Part shown: in pieces, positions 14,174-28,732 of the stretch
Layout: every line of letters begins with the position of its first letter
Numbering within the stretch: position 1 is the stretch's first letter
Assembly: GCA_050613775.1 (NCBI GenBank)
Contig: JBODTK010000015.1
Span: forward strand, 1,302,001-1,366,000
Reading direction: 5' to 3'
Source of the DNA: Neocallimastix sp. 'constans'
Taxonomy: Eukaryota
Length of the DNA stretch: 64,000 nt
Made by a program: the position numbers and the translations under genes
The notes under the pieces: model-generated
Told to the model about the DNA's origin: nothing
What the model saw: the letters and a program-made list of their open reading frames with translations, nothing else
The model's database searches: none

Positions 14174-17100
14174 ATGACAGAAGCAAATCAAAATAATATA
14201 AATAATGTTAATGGAGTAACATCAAATAATATACAAGTTATACAAAATAATCAAGCTTTAAATGTTCCTATCCAAGGAGGAAATATAGATGCTATTTTAC
14301 AAAATATTATTGCCGAAAGAGATGCATTAAGAACACAAAATTTATCATTATGGAATATTATTGAAAAGCAGAGAACAATGATTCAAAAGCTTCAAAATCA
14401 AATTGCTGTGATGCAATCTCAAAAAAGAAAAGGAAGTAAACATTCTGAAAAACCGATTATTACAGAGGATACTAAAGATAAAAAAGGAGCGCATCATCCA
14501 TTACCGGACATTCCGATAAATAATCTCCGTGTACCCGACGGTACACCACCACCACCACAAAGAGGTACTAGTTTTGCCTCACAACAAAGAACTAACTCGA
14601 CTTCGTCCTCACAAAATCCAATGGGAACGTTATTAAATGAAAAATATGTACGTAAAGGTTCAGCACCGAATATTAAAGATCATGAAGCTATTTACGATTT
14701 GAAAACTCGTATCAGATCAAATAGTGAAAATGCTGCTATTGAAGAAACAGTAGTCGGTAATTATGAAATGGGTGTTGAAAGTGTTAATGATACAGATGCG
14801 AATATTGAAGATAGACCATTAAGAACGGATTCTAATGGTACTTATGCACCACCTCATCCAGAAAGACTTTCATCTAATAAAGTTAATAAAAATAAACAAC
14901 CAAAAACTTCTTCTTCTTTATCTATTCCAATTCAAGTAGATACTATTAGGGTAAAAGTTGTAGGTTCATTGATTAAAATTAATGATAAAGGAAAAGAAAT
15001 TGTTTCCTTTATAATATTAATTTCAAAATTAAATAATAATGGAAACGAAGAAAATGAAAAGATTGAAAAAACTTATAACGATTTCGTTCAATTAGACACA
15101 AAAGTAATTAATTTTTTATTTTAAAAAAAAAAAAAAATTATTAATATATATAATTATAAATACAATTATAATGTCGTATAAATAGAACCTTAAAATGAAT
15201 TTAACGTATAAAACTTTTTAATATTGATTAATTTTTTAATGTATTTTTTATTATGTATTTTTTATTATTTATATTTAATATTTATTTATTTTTATTTATA
15301 ATAGTTGAGAAACCAAAATGATAAAATATTATTAGCAAAAATTGGAAAATTACCAGATAAAAGTTTATTTAATTCAAATTCACCAACAAAAAGAGATCAA
15401 AGAAAAGTAATTAATAATAATTATACTACCTAATAAACAATTAATTATTTTTCATTATTAATAAATTTATTAATGTTATTAATTATTACTATTATAAAAA
15501 TTATTAAAAAAAAAATATAAATATATGTATATAGATTGAACTTGAATTATATCTTCAAAATTTGATTTCTACATTTAAAAATAACATTGATATTGAAACA
15601 TTCTTATCAACTAATATCGTGGAATCACAAATTAATCCAATGCATAATGAAAAAATGGTAAATTTATTAATATAATGAAATAAATTATTATTTTTATTAT
15701 ATATATTTTTTGTATATCATATTTATTATATAAATATATATTATTGAAATAAATATTATTATAATTATCATAAAAAAAAAAAAAAATGAAATCATTATAA
15801 AAAAGGGTCAATCAACTAAAGAAGGATACTTAATTAAAAAAGGAAAAAATTTTGGTGGTTGGAAAACAAGATACTTTATTTTAGCTGATAATATTTTAAG
15901 TTATTACGATAGTGTATGTACTTATTATAATTAAATTGTATTATTTTATTATTTTTTTTTTTTTCTATGAAAAAGAAAAATTAATTTCTTTATATATATA
16001 TTCAAATTTAATTAATTAATCAAGCTTGGAGGAAATTACGGTGGTACAATCAAATTAAAGAATTCTCAAGTTATATCGTTACCGGATGAAGCAAATGATT
16101 ATAGACATGGCTTCATGATTATGGAGTATAGAAAACAAAATATGGAAGGATCGAATGAGAAAATGAGTGGTAAGCATATTTTATGTGCTGAAAATGATGA
16201 AGAAAGAGATGAATGGATTATTGCTATAGGACAAGCAATTGAATCTGTTAGTCAAGATTCAAATGAACTAATAGATAGTGAAAATAACTCAATTAATAAT
16301 AATGTTGAAAGAGCAAACAATGAAAATATATATGAATCAGTGGATGATGTTGATGAAAGTCAACCAAATTCAAACTTCAGTTCAACGAACTCACTCCAAA
16401 ACGGATATCAAAATCAAATGTATATTCCAGCTCAACCTATGCCCATAAGTATGAAAAATAAACAACAATCCGTTTCAAATTCACAATCTTCATCCTATTC
16501 TGAATTTGATTTCCAAAAGTCGGGAGACTTTGTAGATGAAAATGAAAGACTCATGCAACAAGTTGTTGAACCTCCATTTGGTATAAGTACCCAATCATCA
16601 AATACCACACCATCTTACCAAAAGAAATCAAAGAAACCTAAAGAAGAGAAAAAGAAAAGATTATGGGGTAGAAATAAAAATAAACAAAATGGTAATTATC
16701 AATTTATAAATATTTATATTTTTATTTATTTATTTGTTTGTTTATTTATTAATTTATTTATTTATTTATTTATTAATAATTTTAATTAAATTTCAAATTT
16801 TATTGTATATTTATTTTTAATGCTATGTTTTATTTTTTATTTTTTATTTTTTTTTTTTTTTATTTTTCTTATAATTTATATATATTATCATAATTATATT
16901 CAATCTTAAAATAATAAAATAAAATAATCTTTCGATTCATTCTTTTTTTTTTTTTTTCCTTTATATTGTATAAATGATTGAAATATATTTATAATAATAT
17001 ATTTTCTAATAAAATTATATATATAAACGCTTCCTATGTAGAAAACGGAAAATCTGGATCAAAGAGATTAGTATTTGGTTTATCATTAGCAGAAGCTATT

Positions 17101-17212
17101 GCAGCTTCTAAGATTAAGGCTAATTACGAACTTCCAGCTGTTGTTTATAGATGTATTGAATATTTAGATGCTAATGATGGTAAATAAATGATTATTAATG
17201 ATTATTATTATA

Positions 17213-17265
<53 letters not shown>

Positions 17266-17617
17266 CTTTGTTTTATTTTTATTTTTATTTAATTTTTTTA
17301 TTTAAATATATTTTTCTGATTTTTCATTTTTTAACTTCTAATATGATAATTTTTATTCAACAAAAAAAAAACTAATATGATAATTTTTATTCAACAAAAA
17401 AAAAATTAATATTTTTAACTATAGCTCAAAATGAAGAAGGTATTTACCGTCTTTCTGGAAGTGCATCCACTATTCAAGCGTTAAAAGATAGATTTAACAA
17501 TGGTATGAATAATAATTTAGAAATGAAATTATTAACATATTAATATTTTTATTACAATTATTACATTTACTCTAAACTCTAATCAATACTCTTAAAAATG
17601 TTAAATAAATATTATTA

Positions 17618-17680
<63 letters not shown>

Positions 17681-19237
17681 CTTTTATTTATAATATTAAA
17701 ATTTTATAGAGGGTGATTATGATTTGTTAAATGCTGATGAATATTATGATATTCATGCTGTTGCTGGTTTATTAAAACTCTTCTTAAGAGAACTTACTGA
17801 ACCAATTTTAACGAGAGAACTCCAACCAAAATTCCTTCACATACCAGGTAAAAAATAATTTTATTAAAGTATTTTTATATGTTTATTTTTTATTTTTTAC
17901 AATTATTTTTTTTTTTTTTTTTTTTTTTATTTATTTGTTTTTATAACATGAATAAATAAAAATTGATTTTATATATATAATATTAACTAATAATTAAATT
18001 TAATTCCAATATTTTTATTAATTTTATTTACATAATACACAACAAATTATAATTTATTTATAAAACATTATAAATAAATTAATATTAAATAATAGAATTA
18101 GAAAGTAGAAATCAAAAAATTTATGAATTAGCCAATTTAATTTCATTATTACCATTAGAAAATTATACACTATTAAGATGTTTATCCGCACATTTAGTAA
18201 GAATTGTTCAAAATAGTAGTGTGAATAAAATGACTTTACATAATGTTACAATTGTATTCAGTCCAACATTAAATATACCTGCTGGTGTCTTCATGTTATT
18301 ACTTTCTGAATTCCAAATTATTTTCTGTTGGACAAATCAACAACAACTTCAACAGCAGTTAATTCCAGATGAAGAACAAAAATTATATATGGCTCAGCAA
18401 TATCAACAACAACAACAAATGCGTATGCAACAGCAACAACAACAAATGTATTCTCCAAAATTACAAAATAAGACTATCTCTGCCAATAATATTCAAAATC
18501 TTGGTAATCCTACAGCTAACTCACAGAATCAAATAATATCAAATATGCCTCATTCAAAAACAATGCCATTAATGCAAAATTTATCAAGTTATAATAATTT
18601 ATCAAATGGATCATCTAATTCATCTTTATCACAAGATGCTTTACCTCCAAAAGCATTTAATCCACAAATAAATAAAATACAAAGTAAGTATATATATACA
18701 TATATTCTATCATTTTTAATTAATTGAAAAGGAAAAATAAATAATAAAACAATCATTTATAAACATATATATATATATATAAATCATAAACCTAATAATT
18801 TGTAAATGTGTATTTTTAATAATAATATTAATATATAAATATATAATTTTTTTTTTTTTTTTAATTTTATTTTTATATATCATAGGTGAACACAGCAATC
18901 ATAACAATCGCAATAGTGTATCCTATATGGATGGATTACCAGAGCATATGAAATTAAATGAAATGATGGCAATGAAAAAAGGTAATTTTTGAATAAAACT
19001 TTTATATTTTATAAAATATATATATTCAATATATATGTATATATAATGAATATATATCTTTAAAAGTTTTCTCTCTTAATTAATAAATTGTCATAATATT
19101 AAATTCATTATTAATATATATATATTTATTATGAATATAATGAAATAAAATAAAATATTATAGGACAAAAATTAGAAAATACGCATGAATATGACGGTGT
19201 AGAAGTACTAAAAGTTGATGATAATTCCAATGAATAA
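14174..19237 (+). CDS. BEM3: Bem3-like Rho GTPase-activating protein (coiled coil, PX, PH, RhoGAP); exons 14174-15103, 15305-15406, 15535-15657, 15806-15913, 16025-16691, 17042-17179, 17425-17502, 17710-17847, 18096-18683, 18886-18981, 19164-19237
   Basis: PX-like LPDKSLFNSNSPTKRDQRK. PH motif KEGYLIKKGKNFGGWKTRYF. RhoGAP motifs LPAVVYRCIEYL, EEGIYRLSG (arginine finger), AVAGLLKLFLREL and NKMTLHNVTIVFSPTL. Phase-consistent GT-AG introns. Confidence 0.88.
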
Positions 19238-19421
19238 AATGAGAAAGTATTAAATATTTAAATAATAATAATACTAATAAAATATAAAAAATTATCAAAA
19301 AAAAAAAAAAAATTATCAAATAAAATACTAGCAAGAAAAAATTCCAAAAAGAGAAATTTTAATTTAATTTTATTATATTTATATATTTATTTATGTTTTC
19401 TCTTTTCATTATTACAAAAAA

Positions 19422-19461
<40 letters not shown>

Positions 19462-19670
19462 TGTAATGTGTTTTATATTATATATATAATTACTTTAAAA
19501 TTTTTTTTATTATTAAAGATTAAAAAATTAAATAAAAAAATAAAAATAATATAAAAAAATTAAAATTAAAAAAAATTAAAAAAAAAAAATTAAAAATAAA
19601 AAATGATAAGCAAAAATTTAATATTAAAACTTCAGCAAAAATTTAATATTAAAACTTCAAAGTTAGATAT

Positions 19671-19749
<79 letters not shown>

Positions 19750-19754
19750 TTTGT

Positions 19755-19998
19755 AGTAAATTCAATTATGGTAAAGTTATGATTAACTAAACTTTAGGAG
19801 GAGTGTTAAAATTAAAGTTCATTAAGATTAATATATATAGTATAATAATTTATTTAATTTCAAATAATGATTATAAATGATGCTTATGCCATAATATTAT
19901 AATATAATGTGGTAAAATGTAATACATGTATTATAAAAAAAAAAAAAAAAAATTAAAATAATAAATTAATAGAAAGTTAACTTTAATAAATAAAAACA
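19755..19998 (+). mobile_element. Truncated 3' end (end of pol, PPT, diverged LTR) of a Copia related to the 32401-38518 element
   Basis: ATTATGGTAAAG...ACTTTAGGAGGAGTGTTAAAATTAAAGTTCA matches 38226-38284 (PPT and LTR start). The right boundary is approximate. Confidence 0.7.
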
Positions 19999-20394
19999 GA
20001 ATATTAAAGTGAATTTCAAAATTTATTATTTATAATTTATTATTTATAATTTATTATTTTTTAGTTTTATTATTATTAAATATTTTATTAAAATTTAACA
20101 ATAAATTTATTTCTATTTTATTTTTATATATTTAAATCGTTATTTTTAGTTTCATTTTAAAATTAATAATTAATGATATCGACAGAATATATTTCAAGTA
20201 TTAATAGATTTGACAATATTTATATTAATTTTTTAAAAAGATATATAATATAGTTGTAATACAAAAAGAAATTTATATCGAAATTTCTTCTTTGTGATAT
20301 ATAATTAATAAATACTTTGAATGTCACATTAGTCAAAAATTAATAATAAATTAAAAACTCTCTAGTTTTTTGTATATATATATATATATTAATT

Positions 20395-20439
<45 letters not shown>

Positions 20440-20649
20440 AAGAATGCTACAATAAAATTTTACCAGATTTTGTAAAAAAAAATACATTTAATAAAAAAAA
20501 AAAAAATGATAAAAATGATATTCTTAACATATTTTACAAGCAATTTCCCCCTTTACTTCTTACCTTTACATTAATTCTATTAATTTATTTTTTGTATTTA
20601 TTTATTATTAATAAATAAATACAAAAATAAATAATAAATTATTCGTATC

Positions 20650-20920
20650 ATAATTTATTTATTCATTAATTAAATAAATAAATAAAAAAGAAAGAAAAAA
20701 AAAAAAAAAAAAGGTATTGTTGAATTTTATAATGGTTAAGTAATAAAACTATAATTAACATATAATTATAAATATTTATAATCATTTTCATTCTTAATTT
20801 AATTATTTAATTAAATAAATAAAAAAAAAAAGGTATTGTTGAATTCTATAAGGGTTAAATAATAAAACTATAATTAACATATAATTATAAATATTTATAT
20901 TTTTTTTCATTCTTAATTTA
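20650..20920. repeat. Local tandem duplication (~120-bp unit containing AAGGTATTGTTGAATT...)
   Basis: Two near-identical copies, with the shared motif at 20711 and 20830. Confidence 0.75.
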
Positions 20921-21379
20921 TACTTTTTTTTTTTTTTTTATTTATTTATTATTATTGTTTATTTTTATTAATTTTTATCTATTGTCAAAAATAAAAAATA
21001 AAAAAAAAAAAAAAATAAATAAATAAAAAATAAAAAAATAAATCCTTTAATAATTTATATTATTAATAAATTATTCATTTATTATTTATTTATATTAGAA
21101 GAAAAGGAATACATGATTCAAATAAATAATAATTAATTTAATATAAATAAAAAAAAAAAAAAAAAAAAAGTTACTTTGACACAGTAGTGTACGAAAGACA
21201 CGTGTGTTAATTGTTAAAATCTTTCTATTTAATTTACCCTAATATTTTAATATAAACGCTCAAAAAAATTTTATGTATTTTGAATATTGTAATTATTTTT
21301 CAATAATAAAATATTATTTTAATAATAACAGTTTATAAATAAGTTGATAATTATACACTAAACAGTTAATAATAATCAA

Positions 21380-21900
21380 ATTATATTATTTATTATTATT
21401 ATTTATAGGAATCTTAAGAATTCTTTTTTTATATATATATATATATATTTATTTATTTATATTTATTTATTTATATTTATTTATTTATTTTTTATATATA
21501 TACTTTTTATACTTTTTTTTAATTAATTATTTAGTTAGATTGTTATTTATTTAATCAATTATTTTACAATCATTATTAGTTTAGCTATTTAATTATTTAT
21601 ATTATTTATTATTTATTTATTTATAATTATTTATGGGAGTTTTAAGGAATCAGTTCTTTTTTTTTTTTTACATTTATTTATTTATATTTATTTATTTATT
21701 TATACTTTTTTAATTATTTATTTAGTTAGATTGTTATTTAATTAATCAATTATTTTTCAATCATTATCGCCATTATTTAGTTGATTTAGCTATTTATTTA
21801 TTTATTTTATTTATTATTATTTATTATTATTTATGGGAATATGGGAGTTTTAAGGATTCATTTTTATGTTTTTATTTATTTATTTATTTATTTATTGTTA
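21380..21900. repeat. Degenerate ~200-bp tandem repeats
   Basis: Recurring TTAGTTAGATTGTTATTTA (near 21530 and 21720) and ATGGGAGTTTTAAGGA (21633, 21841). Confidence 0.6.
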
Positions 21901-22213
21901 TATATATAACTTTTTAATTATTTATTTGGTTATTTTGTTTAAGTAATCATTTATTTTTTTAATAATTAGTTATTTATATAAATTTAATGTTATTTCTATT
22001 TTTATTTTTATTATATTTTTGACAATTCCATATTAATTTTGAAAAAAATTTTATATCATGTTAATAATTATTGATATTGGTCAATATAAAATAAAATAAC
22101 AAAACTAAAATATATATATTATATATATTAAAAAAGATGAACAATGATTATAATTTAATAATAATTATATAAACAAAATAAAAAAAAAGTTAAAATATTT
22201 TGTTTATAATGAA

Positions 22214-22270
22214 CTAATTCTTAAAATTTGGATTTCTACGATCAAGAGATTCTTCCTATAAATTTTATAA

Positions 22271-22310
<40 letters not shown>

Positions 22311-22362
22311 GCAATAATATTGTTAAAATATACAATTCATGTTTATTATTACAAATTATAAT

Positions 22363-22409
<47 letters not shown>

Positions 22410-23304
22410 TTATATTACCTCTTCAAGGTTTCCATTTAATGAATAATGATTTTGATTTTGACGAGTATCATTATTATTTCTAGAATTATATTGTTCTTGT
22501 CTTTCATAATCATTTCCTAATAAAAGTGAATCATCATTATTATCTGGTAAATTACTATATATATATATATATATTTCACATTAATATTAGAATTATTATT
22601 AATCAATAGAACAGCATATATATATTAAAATTATTATTAGTATTATTATTAAATAGAATGATAATAATTTATTAAATAAATATTATTAAAAGTAATTAAT
22701 ATTATAAAATATAATATAATATAGCATTAATTAAAAAAAAAAAAAAAAAAAAAAGGATACCTATATTGATTTCTATTCATATTTCTTTGCTCATTAGCTC
22801 TATTAGCAAACTTTTCATAAAATTCACTGGCTTTACTTGTAATTTTTTGTTTAACAGCTATTATGAATAAGATATATTAAATATTAAATAATAAATAATA
22901 TTTAAAAAATAAAATAATTTATATATATTATGATGATAGTAATGATGATTAATATTAATAATTTATTAAGATTATATTTAGTAATATATATATATATAAA
23001 GTAATATTCCTATTTACATTCAAATCCTGCAGTAAGTTTTTCTTTAATTTGACCTAAATAAAATTATTTATATAAGTAATAATATATGTTAGAAATATAA
23101 ATATAATAATGATAATTCAATTTAAATATATAAATATATATATTAAATTTATATATACCTCCATTATCTTCAGTTCTTTCACGTTCTTGTCTTTCTCTTT
23201 CCACTTCTATTAATATTTAATGTTTAAAATTCATATATATTAATTCCATTATTTATAATAATTCATTATACTTAATTGTAAAATATTTAATTGTAAAGTT
23301 TTTA

Positions 23305-23361
<57 letters not shown>

Positions 23362-23530
23362 TATATATTTACCCATTTGTCTCTGTCTTGCCTCTTCTTC
23401 TTGTAATTGTCTTGCGTATTCTTCATCACTTAAATCTTGTGCCAATTTTCTTGCCTATATTATAATATAGGGCCAATAATTTAAAAATAAATATGTATAT
23501 TTATATATGTACAAAAATGTTATTACTAAT

Positions 23531-23607
<77 letters not shown>

Positions 23608-24218
23608 TTATATAAATATATATATTCATATTTAAAATATTGATTTGTATTTACATATTCTTCATCTTTTCTAATTTGCTCAGCCTTATATATGAAGGAA
23701 TATAAAAAAAAATTCACTTAGTACTTTAGCATATACTTTATAAAATAATTATTACATATATACATAAATAAGTAAATAAATAAATACATTAGCATCAGTA
23801 GCTTGTGCTTGAGCTTTAACTTGTTGAGAAGAAGGGTCTGAAATTTCTAATAATTGTGGAATACAAGCTTCGACATTACCCTTTTGTTGATCGAAGACCT
23901 ATATTTTAATAATAACAATTATAAAAAATATAAAATTCATTTTTATGGGTAAGCCATCATAATTCTATTTTTTTTAAAAAATAAAAAAAATATATATATA
24001 TATGTATATTTTCATTATATATATGTATTTAATTCTTACAGCGATAATAATATCTCTGTCAACTTGTGGAAACTTTATTATTGTATATAATATTTTATGG
24101 CAATATGATATAAATTAATATTAATTAAATAATAATATTTTTTATTTATTTATTATTTAATATACAAATATATATAATTTAATACCATAGAAGACAATGA
24201 ATCAATAGCTTCACTCAT
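22214..24218 (-). CDS. CUE-domain ubiquitin-binding protein (Cue5-like); exons 24218-24186, 24072-24040, 23898-23788, 23684-23655, 23454-23373, 23206-23159, 23053-23018, 22857-22761, 22554-22419, 22255-22214
   Basis: Spliced translation MSEAIDSLSSMFPQVDRDIIIAVFDQQKGNVEACIPQLLEISDP has the CUE MFP...LL signature, followed by two DEEYAR(K/Q)L motifs as in Cue5-like proteins. All introns are GT-AG and phase-consistent. Mostly absent from the ORF track. Confidence 0.85.
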
Positions 24219-24281
24219 TTTGGTTATTTTTTATATAATATTTTACGAATAACAGATTTTGCTTTTTTTTGTTTTATTTTT

Positions 24282-24312
<31 letters not shown>

Positions 24313-25620
24313 GTTTTGTTTTGTTTTGTTTTGTTTTGTTGTTGTTTTCATTTTCATAATAAATTCAGTTAAAATATATAATGATTAAATTACCAATTTA
24401 ATGAAAGAATATTTCAAATTTTTAAATTTTAAAAAGTGAAAATGAATATATATAAAGAGTATGTGTGTGAGAGTGAGCGAGAGAGTGAGAATGTGAAAGA
24501 TAAAAGGAAATAGTTTTAAGATTTTTGATTAAAATAATATCATTAATATCATATTCCACAGTATGGTATTGTAGTATAAATAAATAATTAAAATTTTATA
24601 TACATTATTAAAAAATTAAATAAAAAAATAAAATAAAATTAATTTATTTCAACTTTATAATGGATATTGTTATTACAAATAATGATAATAATAATAATGA
24701 TAATAATAATAATAATTTAAAACCAGCATATAAATATATTATCTATTTAATATTATTTAGTATTATTATGAATGTAAATATTTCAATTCAAAGCTTCCAT
24801 TATATTAAGTTATTTTAATTATGGATATTATTATTATTATTATTATTATTACTATTTAATATTTTTATCATTAAATTTTTTAATATTATCATTTTTATTA
24901 TTAGTAAATGAAGTAGTAATATTATTATTATTAATGTTGTTATTTCTTTTGTTGTTTTTGTAATAAAATTACTTTCTTTGCATTATATTGTTACCGAAAA
25001 TACAATTATTTAATATATATATATTTTTTATTTATTTTTTACTTTTTTAATTATATATATGAAAAGATAATTACTTTATTACAAGTAATAATTCCTTTTT
25101 AAAAAAAGTTCCTTTTTTTAGAAAATTTATTAACTACACTTTATTAATTAATAGAAAATATATAGATTAACAATTAATTAATTATTTATGAAATCTAAAA
25201 GAAAAATAAAAATAACAAAAACTATAAATAAAAAATATTTTATTATTTATTTTTATTTGTATTTCCAAATCTTTAAAAAACAGTAATTAAATTTTATACA
25301 ATTAGTATTATATATTTTTGGTATAATTAAAATTTATAAATAATTAAAAATAATAAATAAAATTATCTCGAATTTACTAATTAATAATTAATAATAAATA
25401 ATTAATAATAAATAATAAATAATTAATAATATAATAATAAATAATAAAAATTAATAATAAATAATAAATAATAAATAAGTAAATAATAATTATTATTTAA
25501 TTATTTATTATTATTATTATTATTTATTAATTATTAATTAATAATTAAATTATTCTTTTTAAAATAATTAATAAAAAAAATATAATAATAATATATATAT
25601 AATAAATTCCATAATAACAA

Positions 25621-25651
<31 letters not shown>

Positions 25652-26319
25652 AATTACATAAAATTTTAATTGTAAATATATTTATTAATTATAAAAAGAA
25701 CATTATGTATTCTAAGAATATTTTTAAGAATTATAACATGATTATCTATCAAACCTTATAATAAAAGAATACAAAACAAAAATAAACAAAAAAAAAAAAA
25801 AATATGTAATATATTTATTATAATTATTAATTGTTACACTTTATTATTATAAAAAAGTAATTTTATTATAAAAAAAAAGTGTTAATAAAAAATGTATTAT
25901 ACATATTATAAATCAAAGATAATTTAAGTTTTTAATTCAACTTTATATATAATAATTATTATATATATATATATTTAAATATTTAATTATATATATATAA
26001 TATTATTAATATTGTTGAAACATTAATTATTGGATTAGGTAATATTATATTCAATAATAGCGGTTCAGTTCTAGAAGAGAGTGGGGCATTTCACCAAGTG
26101 GCGTATTATTAAAATGTTGCATTTCGCCAAGTTTGTTAAAAAAGTAGTTCTACACGTGAAAAACATAATGAGAAATTTAGAAATTAGTCATAATAATTAG
26201 TATTGTCGATGGATTAAATGATCGATAAAACAAAAAAATAAAATCTAAAAGTAAACCAAATTAACAAATAATGAAAAAAAATAAAATAAAATAAATAAAA
26301 TAAACAAAAAAACATATTA

Positions 26320-26750
26320 GATAATCATTCACTGTATGAACAAATTAGAATTAGAGGGGAATATGTAGAAAAGTATATCGAAACTATTATAAAAGAAACT
26401 ACTGTTAAATATATAGGTAAAGACACAGGATTATCTGAGAAAAGGTAAAAAAAAAAGTTAGGAAGTACATGATGAACAATTCGAAAATTATCAGCTTCAT
26501 CAAAAGGTCAATAGATATAAAAATTAAAGCTTACATAAAAAATAAAACCGAAGGAAAAAAATCAGCTTATTCACTAATAAAGTTATTTGAGAAAAATTTT
26601 AAACAAGAATTGAATGAAATCTCCAAACTCTCTAAAAAATTTAAAGGCCAATAATGGAAAGGAAATCATAAGCTACATTGAAGAATACTTAGAAATCACA
26701 GGGAAATTAAGTGAGTTGAATATTAAACTTAATAATAGTATATTACAAAT
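26320..26750 (+). pseudogene. Possible decayed Copia gag fragment
   Basis: Frameshifted ORFs NSKIISFIKRSIDIKIKAYI...KSAYSLIKLFEKNF and LKNLKANNGKEIISYIEEYLEITGKLSEL resemble the Copia gag core (SAYxxW...L...IxxYIxxFxxIxxxL). Confidence 0.45.
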
Positions 26751-27629
26751 AAATAGGATATATTACAATTATATAGTTTATATAGCTTATGATACAAATA
26801 ATATAGAGTTAAAAATTTTATGAACCTCTTATATTATTTTTATTAAATCATATATTTAATATAATAAAATCTGTGTGTTTCATCAAACTTTATATTATGA
26901 ATATAAGAATATTAAATCATGTATTATTATTATTTAAAAAAAATTAAACTCTTTTACAAGAACTATTTATTAAATTATTACATAAGGAAAATAACTTAAC
27001 ATATATTTATAATATGGCCATATGACTTACATTTTGATATCCGGGACTTTTATGTGCTATATATTTTTAATGGTATAATTACATTTTATTAATATTAATA
27101 TCTTTTCCTAAAATTATAACCAAGTTAACTTCGTAATTATTAGGATTATTTACATATAAAAATTATAATTGAATAATATAAATAATATATATTTAATAAT
27201 AATATATAAGAATATAATATATTATAAAAATTAATATAATAAATAATATATATAATTATAATTAAAATAACTATAATTATTTCATTATATTAATATAGAC
27301 GAATAATGTATTTTTAATATAAGCTTAAAAATAAATAAGAATATTTAAGTTATATATAATAATGATATTCTTAATATATATATTTTGAAGAAATTGACTA
27401 TTTAATATATTTAATATTATAATTATTAATATATTTATGAATATTGAATAATATATGAATAATAAATTATTTCAAATATTATTATTGACAGAAAAGATAT
27501 AAATTTAATATTTAAAAATTATTATTAAATATACAAATATGTTAACTACACATATTTGTTTTATATCAATTTTACATTTAAAAATAAAAAAAATTATAAA
27601 TATATAATAAATAATTAATAATTATAGAT

Positions 27630-27805
27630 AAATAATAAATAATAAATAATAAATAATAAATAATAAACAATATATAATAAATATAAATAATAAATAATAA
27701 ATAATAATAAATAACGAATAATAAATAATAAATAATAAATAATAAATAATAAATAATAAATAATAAATAATAAATAATAAATAATAAATAATAAATAAAT
27801 AATAA
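27630..27805. repeat. (AATAAAT)n heptamer array
   Basis: Visible 7-bp periodicity; reverse complement of the 12318 array. Confidence 0.85.
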
Positions 27806-28732
27806 AATAATTAATAGAATAAATAGATTTATATATTATTTATATATTTTTATGTTAATAAATATATAAATTACAAATAGATATTATTGAAATGATAATA
27901 AAATATTTCATAGAAAATTTTTTATATTATTATTTGTCAAATGTATACATTACAATATTTCGTATACAATTCAAATTATTTAGAAAATAAATATATAGAA
28001 GCAAATATATTTAAAGTTTTATATATTGAAGAGTGTAATAGAAAGAAAGGATGACCTATATAAAAAAAAAGAATAAAATTAATTCTATATAAATATATTA
28101 TTTCTTATAATAATAATAACAATAATAATAATAATATAAAAAAATTATAAAAAAAAATTTTTTTTAAATTATTTTTATTATACATATTATTATGTAAAAA
28201 CAATTTTCACATAATTTAATTTTGAAATTTCAATTTTAATTTTTAATTTCATATTCTTATTGAAAATTCAAATAAATTACTTTTTAGTATTCAATAAAAT
28301 ACTTTTAATTTTTTATATAATTCAAAAGTAAAAAGTATTTTTAAATCTTATAAAAATTATATACTAGAAAAAAAAAAAAAAAAAATCTTATAACTAATTT
28401 TATTTTAATCAGAGAAAAAGAAAAAAGAACAAAAATAATAGTTATCTATAGTTCTTTTTGTTGAATCAAGAAATAAATAATCTATTTAATGGAATTATTG
28501 TTAAGCGTTTTGCTCAGTAATTTAATGATATCACTTTAAAAAATAATAATTGTAGAATAACATATATTAATTTTCATATTACTTTAGTTTGAACAAAATA
28601 TAAAAAACAAAATAATAATTCATATAAAATTCCAGAATAAAAATAAAACATATTAAAAATATATATACTCCATTTTTTAGTTTATTTATTTAGATAATTT
28701 TAAAAAGATAATTTTCGATTATATATAATAAA

